Shown here: positions 28,967 through 38,575 of the stretch, piece by piece
Layout of the letters: the number at the start of each line of letters is the position of its first letter
How positions within the stretch are numbered: position 1 is the first letter of the stretch
From: an uncultured delta proteobacterium
GTDB taxonomy: Bacteria > Desulfobacterota > Zymogenia > Zymogenales > Zymogenaceae
DNA length: 64,000 nucleotides
Assembly: GCA_963792965.1 (NCBI GenBank)
Contig: CAWBYW010000016.1
Location: 256,001 to 320,000, forward strand
Direction of reading: 5' to 3'
Position numbers and translations under genes: made by a program
The notes under the pieces: generated by a model
The model's input: the letters and a program-made list of their open reading frames with translations, nothing else
Told to the model about the DNA's origin: nothing
Database searches by the model: none

Positions 28967-30745
28967 ATGGAACAGAAAGCCATCCAGATACTCCTCGTCG
29001 AAGACGACCCGGGTTACGCACGCCTCATCACCGAGATGAGCAAGGGCGTTAAGGGGGCCGAGCTTGTCATGAGACATGCCGGCCTCCTCATGGAGGGGAT
29101 CAATATCCTCGCCGAACAAAAAATCGACGTGGTCCTCCTGGACCTGACCCTGCCCGACAGCGAAGGCCTCGACACTTTTCTGAGGATAAAGGGAATGGTC
29201 CCGGAGACCCCGATCGTCGTGTTGACGGGGCGTGAAGACGAAAAGCTCGCGCTGACGGCCGTTAGGGAGGGGGCGCAGGACTACATATTCAAGACCGAGA
29301 TGCGGCCGCCCATCCTGATCCGGTCGCTTCGCTATGCCGTCGAGCGCAAGCGCGCCCAGGAGGCTCTCAAACGGGCCCACGATCTGCTCGAGGTCAAGGT
29401 GAAGGAGCGCACCGCCGAGCTCGAGACGGCCAACAAGAGACTCAAGGCGGAGATCGAGGAAAAAAAGCGGGCCGAGGAGGCCCTGAAAGAGAACGAGAAT
29501 CTCTTTCGGGCCACGATCGAGTCGACCGGCGACGGGATCTTCGTCGTCAACGAGAACGGGGAAGTCACCCACAAGAACGCCCGCTTCGCCGAGCTCTGGC
29601 GTGTGCCCGAGGACGTGCTCAACACCAACAACGACGGCACGCTGCTGGCCTTTTTCCTCGGCAAGCTCGAAGACCCCGAGGCCTTTCTTTCCAGCGCCCA
29701 CGGCCTCTATCACACGACGAAAGAATCCCGAGATACACTCAGGCTCAAGGACGGCCGTTTCTTTGAGCGGCGCACCTGCCCCCTCATTCGCAGCGGGTCA
29801 TACGCGGGCCGGGTCTGGAGCTTTACCGACATCACCGACCGCGCCCGATCGGAAAAGGGCCTCAGGGAAAGCGAGGAGCGGTTCCGGGGGATCGCCGAGA
29901 GGAGCTTCGACATCATCTATGAAACCGACCGGGAGGGCGTCTTCACCTACGTCTCCCCGGCGTTCGAGAGGCTGCTCGGCCGCGCGCCAAACGAAATCGT
30001 CGGCACGGCGCTGACCGATTTGGCGCCGGCACCGGAGCAGCCACGGGCCATCCGGTGGATGACCGGCATACTGGGCGGAACGAGCGCAGAGGCCTTTCAG
30101 ATCGAGCTCGTCAAGAAAGACGGCGCGACCGCCACGTTTGAGATCAACGCGTCGCCGATCTACAAGAACAAGGAGACGGTGGGGAGCCAGGGGATCTGCC
30201 GGGACATCACGGAGCGAAAGGTGATGCAGGAGCGGGTCCTGGTCCAGTCACAGACGGACGGCCTCACGGGCCTGTTCAATCAGCGGCACTTTTTCAAGAT
30301 GATCGAGAACGAGATGAAGCGCGCCAAACGGATACCCTATCCCCTCTCGTTGATGATGCTGGACGTCGAAAATTTCGGCACCTTCAACCAGACCAACGGC
30401 AGGCGGCGGGGCGATGAGCTCCTCAAGGAGCTGGGCGCCGTTATCCGGCGGTGCATCAGGAAGGACCTCGACATCGCCTGCCGGTACGGAGGGGACGAGT
30501 TCGCAATAATCCTCCCCAATTCGGAGAAAGACCAGGCGCTCTCTGTGGCGCGCCGCATCCAGGAGCGGGCGACCCGCAAGCTCGGCGGCATCGAGGTCAA
30601 GGTCGGGATAACCAGCTTAGACGGTGCCCTCTCGCCCGACGCCTTCATCTCCGAGGCCGAACGGGCGATGAAGCTCCAGACCGTCTTCAGCAAGAAGAAG
30701 GCGGCTCAGGAAGCCGCCGCTCCCCGGAAGACCCAGGAAGGATAG
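28967..30745 (+). CDS. REC-PAS-PAS-GGDEF protein (possibly degenerate diguanylate cyclase)
   Basis: ILLVEDD..LLDLTLPD..GAQDY receiver, two PAS, TDGLTGLFN, RYGGDEF; GGAGG RBS. Confidence 0.9.
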   Translation: MEQKAIQILLVEDDPGYARLITEMSKGVKGAELVMRHAGLLMEGINILAEQKIDVVLLDLTLPDSEGLDTFLRIKGMVPETPIVVLTGREDEKLALTAVREGAQDYIFKTEMRPPILIRSLRYAVERKRAQEALKRAHDLLEVKVKERTAELETANKRLKAEIEEKKRAEEALKENENLFRATIESTGDGIFVVNENGEVTHKNARFAELWRVPEDVLNTNNDGTLLAFFLGKLEDPEAFLSSAHGLYHTTKESRDTLRLKDGRFFERRTCPLIRSGSYAGRVWSFTDITDRARSEKGLRESEERFRGIAERSFDIIYETDREGVFTYVSPAFERLLGRAPNEIVGTALTDLAPAPEQPRAIRWMTGILGGTSAEAFQIELVKKDGATATFEINASPIYKNKETVGSQGICRDITERKVMQERVLVQSQTDGLTGLFNQRHFFKMIENEMKRAKRIPYPLSLMMLDVENFGTFNQTNGRRRGDELLKELGAVIRRCIRKDLDIACRYGGDEFAIILPNSEKDQALSVARRIQERATRKLGGIEVKVGITSLDGALSPDAFISEAERAMKLQTVFSKKKAAQEAAAPRKTQEG

Positions 30746-30906
30746 TCCATCAACCCACATACGGCCGGTTTTGGACCCGGGAGGGGGGAAACGGCCGCAT
30801 GTTCGAGTCGCTCCGCCGAGCGCGGGGGCCCTTCATGTCACCGATTCCGCGCTAAACGAACTCTACCCTGGAAGGCGTGTCGGCCGTCGTCAAGAGGCAT
30901 GCGGGG

Positions 30907-31494
30907 TTACTTCCCACCCGCAATCTTCCGTTTTCCACTCAAGAGCCCGATCTCCACGTCTCCCGCCTTGATCGCCCGAATGATCGAGTCCTTGTCCCGG
31001 TCGCACTCCACCTCTATCCAGGTCTTGCCACAGGAATGCTCGTCGTGGGCGTCATCGCTGGCGATCTTCGGAAGCGCGATCTCCGGCGTGTCGTAAAACG
31101 GGGTATAGAATCCTGAAACCGTCACCTCCACGGCCGAGAGCGGCGCCGGCCCCTCCTTGGCGAAAATATCGATGCGGCGGTTGACCTCCTTGATCGGGAG
31201 GCGGTACTGGTCCGGGTGGCACAAGACGTAGAGCATTTCGAGGTCCCCCTTGATTTCCAGCACATGATGGTAGAAGAGGAACAGCGGCTCAAGCTCGATT
31301 CCCTCCAAGACCATGATCCCCGGGACGTCGAGAGGGAAGAGCTTTTTGTAGGCGGGTTTTAACAGGTACTCATGGTCGGTAATGGCGATGAAGTCAAACC
31401 CGAGGTCCCGGTAGATCTCGGCCATCTCGCGCGGCGAGAAGTGCCCGTCGGAGTAGGACGTATGGACGTGAAGGTTTCCTTTGAGGTGTGGCAT
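30907..31494 (-). CDS. PHP-domain metal-dependent phosphoesterase
   Basis: NLHVHTSYSDG, AITDH, CHP, SDDAH. Confidence 0.88.
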   Translation of the reverse strand: MPHLKGNLHVHTSYSDGHFSPREMAEIYRDLGFDFIAITDHEYLLKPAYKKLFPLDVPGIMVLEGIELEPLFLFYHHVLEIKGDLEMLYVLCHPDQYRLPIKEVNRRIDIFAKEGPAPLSAVEVTVSGFYTPFYDTPEIALPKIASDDAHDEHSCGKTWIEVECDRDKDSIIRAIKAGDVEIGLLSGKRKIAGGK

Positions 31495-31782
31495 AGGAGT
31501 TATCTGACGTGAGCCCCCGAGGGATTAAAGCGGTGGGCGCCGAGCCCCACTGTTGTCCCCCGGGGCTCTCAAAAGGGTTATATCAATCCCCGTTTTCACG
31601 ATAGAGCGACGGCAGGGATGTCACCCCCCGTTCGCTGTTCCAAAGACAACCGGCACAGGTCTCGTCGACCCCTGCCGGCCGACCGACAGTATCTTACCAC
31701 CGAATCCGGGGAATTTGAATCTTTTTTTGGCGCTCCCCCGCTTTTCTTCCCCCTCGGTGCTCACTTTATCCCCTCATTTTTC

Positions 31783-31837
31783 TTGACAAAAAAAAACAGC
31801 CTGTGGTATAGTCCCGATTTGAATGAGCACTCATTCA
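31783..31837 (+). promoter_or_regulatory. Sigma70 promoter of atp Fo operon with 18-bp palindrome at +1
   Basis: TTGACA(31783-88), TG-n-TATAGT(31804-12), then TGAATGAG-CA-CTCATTCA (31820-31837). Confidence 0.75.
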
Positions 31838-31987
31838 TGCAATCGTACGCTTTTGGCTTTGCGGTACGTAAAAGAAGGCGGAAGAGCGGGCCTCGTTCTA
31901 GGGAGGGCACGGGCGGTATCCTGAAAGGCCGTGTCGGTACGGTGGGGTGGCGGCTCCATGACGGAGGTGGCGCCCCGGGGGGGACGG

Positions 31988-32245
31988 GTGGAGGAAGAGA
32001 GAAAACAGCTCATCAAGCAGCTCTTTTATCTGAGCAGCGTTGGGCTCTCGATGGTTCTGGCGATATTTATCGGCCTCGCCATCGGCGTCTTCCTCGATAA
32101 TCGGCTCAATACCCACCCCTGGCTTACGATGATCTTCCTCGGCCTCGGCATAGTCGCCGGTTTTCGCAATATCTTCTGGTTTATCAGGCATTATGGGTTT
32201 TCAGACAAAGGACAAAGCAAAAAACACGACGGCAAAGATACTTGA
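31988..32245 (+). CDS. atpZ: AtpZ/AtpI family protein
   Basis: SSVGLSMVLAIFIG..IG.FLD..L.T.PW...F..LGI.AGF; start uncertain (31958 or 31988). Confidence 0.85.
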   Translation: MEEERKQLIKQLFYLSSVGLSMVLAIFIGLAIGVFLDNRLNTHPWLTMIFLGLGIVAGFRNIFWFIRHYGFSDKGQSKKHDGKDT

Positions 32246-32624
32246 GGCCTATTCTCGTCAGCTCATCGAGGCGGGGAGCCTCCTGTTGCTTCTCATGTTA
32301 ATCCTGGTGGGCGTCCTGACCAGAAAGTATACGTTCTCCCTCGGCGTCTTTGTGGGAGGAGTTGTCGCCCTCGTAAATCACTACGGTCTCTATAAATCTC
32401 TTCGGGCGGTGCTCTCGGCCGCCGCCGAGAGGGGCGAAACGGGAGGAGTGCCGCAAACCCTCCTTTCGTTCTACATAAGGCTGATCCTATCCGGCATACT
32501 GATCTTTCTGGCCCTCAAGGGCGGATTTGCTGACCCTATCGGCATCCTTATCGGCGCGTCGGTTGTGGTGGTCAACAGCCTGATCCTCGGCCTGGCTCTA
32601 CTCATCACGGACAGAGGAGCTTAA
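32193..32624 (+). CDS. atpI: ATP synthase subunit I (4 TM)
   Basis: Four hydrophobic segments, FYIRL, IG.SVVV; located between atpZ and atpB; start uncertain. Confidence 0.8.
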   Translation: MGFQTKDKAKNTTAKILEAYSRQLIEAGSLLLLLMLILVGVLTRKYTFSLGVFVGGVVALVNHYGLYKSLRAVLSAAAERGETGGVPQTLLSFYIRLILSGILIFLALKGGFADPIGILIGASVVVVNSLILGLALLITDRGA

Positions 32625-32632
32625 AACAACAT

Positions 32633-33305
32633 ATGGAACATCCGATCTTACTCATCAACCTCTTGCACATCCCCTGGCTCGATCAATACCCTCACGTCGC
32701 GTACACCTGGGTCATCATGATCATCCTGACGTTACTTGCGTATCTCTCGATGCGAAGGGCCGCCATCGTCCCCAATCCGGTGCAGAACGTCATCGAGCTG
32801 GTTATGCTCGGGCTCAACAACCTCATCAAAGACACCATGGGCGATAAAGGGAAAGCCTTTTATCCCGCTGTTGATAGCCGAGGCCTTCTTCATATTCACC
32901 GCCAACATGATCGGCATTATCCCGGGGCTTTTTTCCCCGACGGCCGATCTCAATACCACCGCCGCTATGGCCGTCTGTGTCTTTCTTCTCACCCACGTCA
33001 TGGGTGTACGGACCCACGGATTCAAGTATCTTAAATCCTTCATGGGACCGGTCTGGTGGCTCACTCCTCTCTTCATCCCCGTGGAGATCATCAGCCATCT
33101 CTCGCGGCCCCTCTCTCTTTCGGTCCGGCTCTTCGGCAACATTAAGGGTGAAGACCTGGTCCTGTTTATCCTCCTGGTGCTCGTCCCGTATCTGATACCG
33201 CTTCCGATCCTGCTGTTGATGATCCTCACGAGCGTACTGCAGACCTTCGTATTCGTTCTGTTGACCATGCTCTACATCAGCGGCGCCCTCGAGGAAGCCC
33301 ATTGA
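32633..33305 (+). CDS. atpB: F0 ATP synthase subunit a (+1 indel near 32860)
   Basis: MEHP, P..QN..E, N..G.IPG..SPTADLN, EIISHLSRPLSLSVRLFGNI, LQTFVF..L...YI. Confidence 0.95.
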
Positions 33306-33340
33306 TGAAAGCGTAAACCATTCCAGAAAGGAGATCTTTG

Positions 33341-33712
33341 ATGGGTAAAAAGTCAATTATTACTGTTATCGTTATGGCGGTTCTTTTGTTGACCGCAGGC
33401 CTTGCCCTTGCCCAGGAAGGGACCGCGCCCGCGGGAACGGGCCTCAATGCCGGTTACACGATTTACTTCGCGCTATCGGTCCTCGGGGCGGGACTCGCAA
33501 TCGGGCTGGGCGCCTGCGGCACGGGCGTCGGCATGGGTTCGGCCGTCCGCGGGGCACTGGAAGGTGCCGCCAGAAACCCCGACACTTACGGGAGACTTTT
33601 GACGACCATGATGATCGGTCTGGCCATGATCGAGTCCCTGGCGATCTATGCCCTCGTTATCGCCCTGATCCTGCTGTACGCCAACCCGTTCAAGAGCCTC
33701 TTCGGCGTTTAA
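33341..33712 (+). CDS. atpE: F0 ATP synthase subunit c with N-terminal signal-like extension
   Basis: GTGVGMG, ARNP, IGLAMIESLAIYALVIA, ANP. Confidence 0.95.
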   Translation: MGKKSIITVIVMAVLLLTAGLALAQEGTAPAGTGLNAGYTIYFALSVLGAGLAIGLGACGTGVGMGSAVRGALEGAARNPDTYGRLLTTMMIGLAMIESLAIYALVIALILLYANPFKSLFGV

Positions 33713-33822
33713 GACGGCGGATCGAGACGACCCTCTATAGATGAACCCGGGGGCGACCGTCGTGTGCCTCCGGGGGCATCAGCACCCACGGACCGTCAAC
33801 GCGCGTCCGTGCGGCTCACATA

Positions 33823-33866
33823 GGCCCCCACGCATATGCACATATATGCGTGGGGCCCGCCTTTTT
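33823..33866 (+). terminator. Terminator-like hairpin after atpE
   Basis: CCCCACGCATAT...ATATGCGTGGGG stem followed by CTTTTT. Confidence 0.65.
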
Positions 33867-33978
33867 CCGGGTCCCATTACCGCGTCTTTGGTCTCTCGCC
33901 CTACTGACGGCCACCCGTCGGGCCGGCAACGGGAGAGGCTCAGGCGCTCCCTCAAAGAAATCTGTCTTTTGCGCCCAT

Positions 33979-34003
33979 AAAAAAGGCCGCCCGACGGGCG
34001 GCC
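33979..34003 (-). terminator. Intrinsic terminator of dksA-bactofilin
   Basis: A6 + GGCCGCCC-GAC-GGGCGGCC. Confidence 0.8.
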
Positions 34004-34063
34004 CTCTGCGAATTGTTCGATCGAACCGTCGCCGGCCGGCGACGGGACTTTTCATAGTCGGGA

Positions 34064-34468
34064 TTATTTCTTCTTTGTCGTCTTTTTCCTCTTCATCGAT
34101 ATCTGGGCGGAGAGCTTGGCCCCCTCTTCGACCGAAAGCCCCCGGTCGGTGGCGATGTCACCCGAAAAGACTCCGTCTCTGGCGATGACGAGCCGGGGCG
34201 CGTCGATCGTGCCGTCCATCACGCCCCCGAAGACGATCCGATTCCCTTTCAGATCACCCCGTATATGGGTCTCGGGGCCGACGTAAATCTCCGTCTCGTT
34301 GTCGGAGGCGGCGATCTTTCCCGACACGGTTGAACCCTTGAGCAGGGTCCGCCCCTTGAACGAGAACTTCCCTTCTACAACGTTACCGGGCCCGAGATAG
34401 TTGACGAAATCCCTGTTCTCAAACGGGTCCCCGGGGAGCTCCTTCTCGTTCTCTTTTTGCTGCTCCAT
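34064..34468 (-). CDS. Bactofilin (polymer-forming cytoskeletal protein)
   Basis: LGPG..VEGK.SF.G, I.GD.....I...G...G.I.A..L.I...G...GDI....L.VEEGA beta-helix pattern. Confidence 0.88.
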   Translation of the reverse strand: MEQQKENEKELPGDPFENRDFVNYLGPGNVVEGKFSFKGRTLLKGSTVSGKIAASDNETEIYVGPETHIRGDLKGNRIVFGGVMDGTIDAPRLVIARDGVFSGDIATDRGLSVEEGAKLSAQISMKRKKTTKKK

Positions 34469-34469
34469 A

Positions 34470-34832
34470 TTATGCGTTTCCCCTTTTTTCCTTGGTTTCC
34501 GCCTCAATCTTGCAATGAATACACAGAGTGGTAACCGGCCTGACGTTGAGCCGCTCCTCGCTGATCTCCTCGCCGCACTCTTCGCAGACGCCGAACGTCC
34601 CATCTTCGATCCGGGCCAGCGCCTCGTTGATTTTCAGGATTAGTTTCCGCTCCCGGTCCCGGATCCTCAGCACGAAGTTACGGTCCGATTCGTGGGAGGC
34701 CCGGTCCGTTGGATCGGGGAAGTACTCCTTGAAGTCAGTCATATCTGAGACGGTGCTGTCGGCTCCGGACAGAAGTTCCTGGAGCCGTGTCTCTAAGAGG
34801 GTCTTAAAATGATCGATCTTTTCTTTTTGCAT
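34470..34832 (-). CDS. dksA: RNA polymerase-binding protein DksA
   Basis: PDPTDRAS (DxxDxA), RDRERKLI.KI..AL.RI, CEECGEEI..ERL..RP...LCI.CK; AAGGAGG RBS. Confidence 0.96.
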   Translation of the reverse strand: MQKEKIDHFKTLLETRLQELLSGADSTVSDMTDFKEYFPDPTDRASHESDRNFVLRIRDRERKLILKINEALARIEDGTFGVCEECGEEISEERLNVRPVTTLCIHCKIEAETKEKRGNA

Positions 34833-35083
34833 CCTCTTCCTCCTTCCCCACGAAGACCAAACCCACCCCACGTTACTGCTTAACGATGACGGCGCGACAG
34901 GATGTGAGACCACTACCGTAAAGCCTGGAGAGCGAAGCACCGCACGGAAACCGGATATGAGTTTTTTAGCTTCGGACTACGCCCCCTTGTTCCCGTCGTC
35001 CTGCCGAGTTAACCCAAGGCCATAGGCCACCATAGACGATTGCCGCTAACGCTTCCGGCATTTTTTGTCGTTTTAAATTTTTA

Positions 35084-35112
35084 ATTATATTGCATTGACG
35101 ACGATAAGTCAA
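35084..35112 (-). promoter_or_regulatory. Near-consensus sigma70 promoter for dksA
   Basis: Minus strand TTGACT(35112-35107)-17 bp-TATAAT(35089-35084). Confidence 0.75.
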
Positions 35113-35290
35113 TAAAAATAACTTTATTACTCTCGAGATGATTTTAGGCGAACCGGACGCAACACCGGAGGGGGGATCATCCTGTCCCCGACACGAAAGC
35201 GCCCTCATTGTCGAGACCCTTCGGCTTGCCTTTTGTACGAATGCGATATATACTTATCAGCATCCACGCATATATGAACGGGGGGCGGGT

Positions 35291-35527
35291 ATGGCGATAG
35301 AGGCATATATTTTTATCGAGTGCACGAGCGGCCGGACGAAGGATGTGCTGGCTACGATCAAAAAAATCGCCGGCGTGAAGATCGTCCACGCCATTACGGG
35401 CAACTTCGACATCATCGCGCTGACCGAGGCGGCAAACCTCAACGAGCTGGGCGAGATGATCGTCACCAGGATCCAGGCGGTCCCCGGCGTGCTCCGGACA
35501 TCGACGTCGATGGTGGTGGACTTTTAG
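35291..35527 (+). CDS. Stand-alone Lrp/AsnC ligand-binding (RAM) domain protein
   Basis: AYIFI....G....V...I..I.GV...H.ITG.FDIIA...I..VPGV.RT.T; no HTH. Confidence 0.88.
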   Translation: MAIEAYIFIECTSGRTKDVLATIKKIAGVKIVHAITGNFDIIALTEAANLNELGEMIVTRIQAVPGVLRTSTSMVVDF

Positions 35528-35718
35528 CCCCTCACCGGAGCGTCAGTCCGGTGCGGACATACACGTCATCCCCGGCAGTGGCTCGAGAAATTCGCGCCCG
35601 CAGCAAAGGGGGGGACGTGCGGTTAAGGTTCCCCTTTGCCGCGAAACGACGGACGCTCTTTATGTGCCGAGCCGATCGGCGACAGCGGGCCCTTGCGCCC
35701 TTCCCGGGCCATTTTGCC

Positions 35719-35747
35719 TTGACAACGCATACCTCCTGACCCATAAT
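35719..35747 (+). promoter_or_regulatory. Sigma70 promoter of ahbB-hemL (predicted leaderless)
   Basis: TTGACA(35719-24)-17 bp-CATAAT(35742-47); GTG start 8 nt after the -10. Confidence 0.6.
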
Positions 35748-35754
35748 CGATTCC

Positions 35755-36237
35755 GTGGATAAGGAAAGCAGGACTATTCTGAGGATTGCATCAGGCGACA
35801 TGGGACTGGTAAGCGCGCCCTTCGATGCCTGGTCAGGCCGGGCCGGCGTCACCCCGGACCGATTTATCGAGGTCCTCACCGTCGCGCTCGCGACGGGGGC
35901 CGTCCGGAGGTTCGGTGCGGTCCTTGCCCCCGCCGAGAGCGGCATGAAGGCAAACGCCATGGTCGCCTGGGAGGTGGGTGCCGATAAGGCGGACGACGCG
36001 GGTGAGATTATGGCGCGATTTGACGCCGTCAGCCACTGCTACCTCAGGCGAACGGCCCCGGACTGGCCGTATACCCTCTATACGATGGTCCACGCGAAAG
36101 ACGACGATATCCTGGTCGAAACGATCCGTCAGATCGCGCACGAGACGGGAATCACCTCCTACGTCGTACTGCGCACCCTGCGGGAGTTTAAGAAGACGAG
36201 CCCGGACTACCTCGGCCGCCAAGATGACGACGCGTGA
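35755..36237 (+). CDS. ahbB: Siroheme decarboxylase beta subunit (AhbB/NirH-like)
   Basis: RRFGAVL, NAMVAW.V, VSHCYLR..PDWPY.LYTMVH, EFKKTS..Y; adjacent to hemL. Confidence 0.85.
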   Translation: MDKESRTILRIASGDMGLVSAPFDAWSGRAGVTPDRFIEVLTVALATGAVRRFGAVLAPAESGMKANAMVAWEVGADKADDAGEIMARFDAVSHCYLRRTAPDWPYTLYTMVHAKDDDILVETIRQIAHETGITSYVVLRTLREFKKTSPDYLGRQDDDA

Positions 36238-36285
36238 AAAGACGAGACAGTGCGGGCAAGAGAGCGGACGAATGGAGATGCCCTC

Positions 36286-37578
36286 ATGAGCAAAACAGAC
36301 ACTCGCTCACGTGAGCTCATGGATCGCGCGCGGCGCGTCATCCCCGGCGGGGTCAACAGCCCCGTGCGCGCCTTCAGGGCGGTGGGGGGAACGCCTCCCT
36401 TCATCGTACGGGGGAAGGGTTCCCATCTCTTCGATACGGACGGCAACGAGTATATCGACTATGTCCTCTCCTGGGGGCCGCTGATCCTCGGCCACGCCGA
36501 TGAGGAAGTGGTCGCCGCCGCAACACAAGCCGTCGAGGCCGGCTCATCCTTCGGCGCGCCGACCGAGGGGGAGGTGGCGCTGGCCGAGATGATCCTCTCG
36601 TTTTTCCCCGCCATGGAGATGGTGCGCCTGGTCAGCTCCGGCACCGAGGCGGCGATGACCGCCGTTCGCCTTGCGCGGGGCTATACCGAATCGGGACAAG
36701 ATCGTCAAGTTCGAGGGATGTTACCACGGCCATTCGGACTCGCTCCTTCCGAGGCGGGCTCGGGCGTTGCCACCCTCGGCATACCGGCCACGCCGGGGGT
36801 GACGGAGAAGACGGCGGCCGACACTCTGACCCTCCCCTTCAACGACCGTGAGGCGCTCGGCCGGGTGTTCACGCGGTGGGGAGACGAGATCGCGGCGGTC
36901 ATCGTGGAGCCCGTTGCCGGCAACATGGGCGTGGTCCTTCCGGAGCCGGGGTTCCTGGCCCTTCTCATCGAGGTCGCCCGCTCCCGGGGGAGCCTGGTGA
37001 TCTTCGACGAGGTGATGAGTGGATTCCGGGTGAGCCTCGGCGGCGCGCAGACCCTCTATAGGCTCAGTCCCGACATGACACTGTTGGGCAAGGTGATCGG
37101 CGGCGGGTTCCCGCTTGCGGCCGTCGCCGGAAAAAGGGAGATCATGGAGCACCTTGCGCCGGTGGGGCCGGTCTACCAGGCGGGGACGCTGTCGGGAAAT
37201 CCCGTGGCCGTGGCGGCCGGACGCGCGACGCTGGCTGTCCTTTCGCGACCGGGGGTATTTGACGGCATCGTGAAAAGAACCGACGCCGTCCGGGAAGGCA
37301 TCGTGGACGCCGCCCGCGCCTCCGGAGTCCCCCTCTGGGCGGCCCCGGCGGGCACCATGACCTCGTTTTTCTTTTCCGAGAGTCCCGTGCGCTCGTTTGC
37401 CGAGGCGAAGGCGACGAAATCGAGCCTGTTTGCCCGCTGGTTTCACGAGATGCTCGGGCACGGTATCTACCTTGCCCCCTCTCCCTTCGAGGCGCTCTTC
37501 CTCTCGTCGGCGCATACCGACGACGACATCGAAGAGACGATCGCGGCCGCCCGCGAGGCCTTCAAGACCGCGCGGTAA
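36286..37578 (+). CDS. hemL: Glutamate-1-semialdehyde 2,1-aminomutase (compensating indels ~36688-36750)
   Basis: [52 protein letters not shown]; [14 protein letters not shown] lies in the +1 frame. Confidence 0.96.
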   Translation: MSKTDTRSRELMDRARRVIPGGVNSPVRAFRAVGGTPPFIVRGKGSHLFDTDGNEYIDYVLSWGPLILGHADEEVVAAATQAVEAGSSFGAPTEGEVALAEMILSFFPAMEMVRLVSSGTEAAMTAVRLARGYTESGQDRQVRGMLPRPFGLAPSEAGSGVATLGIPATPGVTEKTAADTLTLPFNDREALGRVFTRWGDEIAAVIVEPVAGNMGVVLPEPGFLALLIEVARSRGSLVIFDEVMSGFRVSLGGAQTLYRLSPDMTLLGKVIGGGFPLAAVAGKREIMEHLAPVGPVYQAGTLSGNPVAVAAGRATLAVLSRPGVFDGIVKRTDAVREGIVDAARASGVPLWAAPAGTMTSFFFSESPVRSFAEAKATKSSLFARWFHEMLGHGIYLAPSPFEALFLSSAHTDDDIEETIAAAREAFKTAR

Positions 37579-37710
37579 GCCCTTCCCGCACATGCGCCGC
37601 TCTGACCTGTGCCACTATCTGTGACCTCGGCCCATCCGATCGAGCTCGGCCGCGCCGGGGGCGCAAAATCCTCGTTGCTTTAAGGACAGGGGCGTCCACG
37701 CGGGCGAAGC

Positions 37711-38484
37711 TTATCCTTTGACGATAACGGACGCATCGGCGTCAAAGGGGTTTGATCTGAGCGCGAGGGAAAAGAGGTACGGGTATTCGTCCCCGAGGTG
37801 CTTCATATAGTCGACCCATTGGCTCATCACGGCAAGGTAGGCCCGCTGGATGTCTCCGGTAAGATGTGCCCGGTCGGTCGTCGGCAGGTTCGCAAAATCG
37901 GCCCGGTGCGACAGCTCGTCAAGCAGGTGAAAGACCGCCCAAAGAAGATCCGTGAACTTCTCGTGCTCCAGCAGGTTGGGGTTCTCAAGCAGCCTGAGGA
38001 GGAAGTCCCTTTTGGCCCCGAGAAACGCCTTCATGCTCGCGAGATTAAGGGAAGCGCCGTCAAGCGCGGGGGCATAGGAGGAGAGCCTTCGTCTCTTCAT
38101 GGCGACATCACGCGCCGACCAATCCCGGTTGACCAGTACGTCGTCCCTCACGGCGCCGAGGTTTTCATCCACGGCCGATATGTCGCGCAGGAGCGCCGTC
38201 CCCACCTCGGAAAAGAAGGTCCCGATCACCATGTTCATCTTGGTCATCATGGCCTGCTTTTCCCGCCTCTCCAGCAGCCGGTCGATAATGAGAGTCACCA
38301 GCAAGACCTCGATAGGCAGAAAGGCGATATCGAGCAGCGTGTAGTAGTAGATGTGGTAGGCGTCTCTGAAGACCCCGTAATGAACCAGGTAGATGACGGC
38401 CGAAAGGAACACGAGCGATATGACCAGAAGGATTTGGAACCGGTCCCGGCTCTTTCTCTTTTGTTTCGCATCGACGGCGGCCAT
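37711..38484 (-). CDS. Conserved hypothetical membrane protein (2 TM + cytoplasmic domain)
   Basis: DIAFLPIEVLLVTLII, KMNMVIGTFFSEVG, LLENPNLLEHE.FTDLLWAVFHL, YPYLFSLA.R.NPF. Confidence 0.8.
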   Translation of the reverse strand: MAAVDAKQKRKSRDRFQILLVISLVFLSAVIYLVHYGVFRDAYHIYYYTLLDIAFLPIEVLLVTLIIDRLLERREKQAMMTKMNMVIGTFFSEVGTALLRDISAVDENLGAVRDDVLVNRDWSARDVAMKRRRLSSYAPALDGASLNLASMKAFLGAKRDFLLRLLENPNLLEHEKFTDLLWAVFHLLDELSHRADFANLPTTDRAHLTGDIQRAYLAVMSQWVDYMKHLGDEYPYLFSLALRSNPFDADASVIVKG

Positions 38485-38575
38485 CGGCCCTACTCCTCTG
38501 TATGAAGTGAGACGGGCGGCGTCTCGTACCCCATCCGGCCGGCGCGGCCGTCCGGCCGCTGAGCGTCGAGGGAGC

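Noticed and set aside
31958-33712. ATP synthase operon apparently incomplete (no atpF/H/A/G/D/C)
   Set aside because: Split Fo/F1 operons are normal in deltaproteobacteria.
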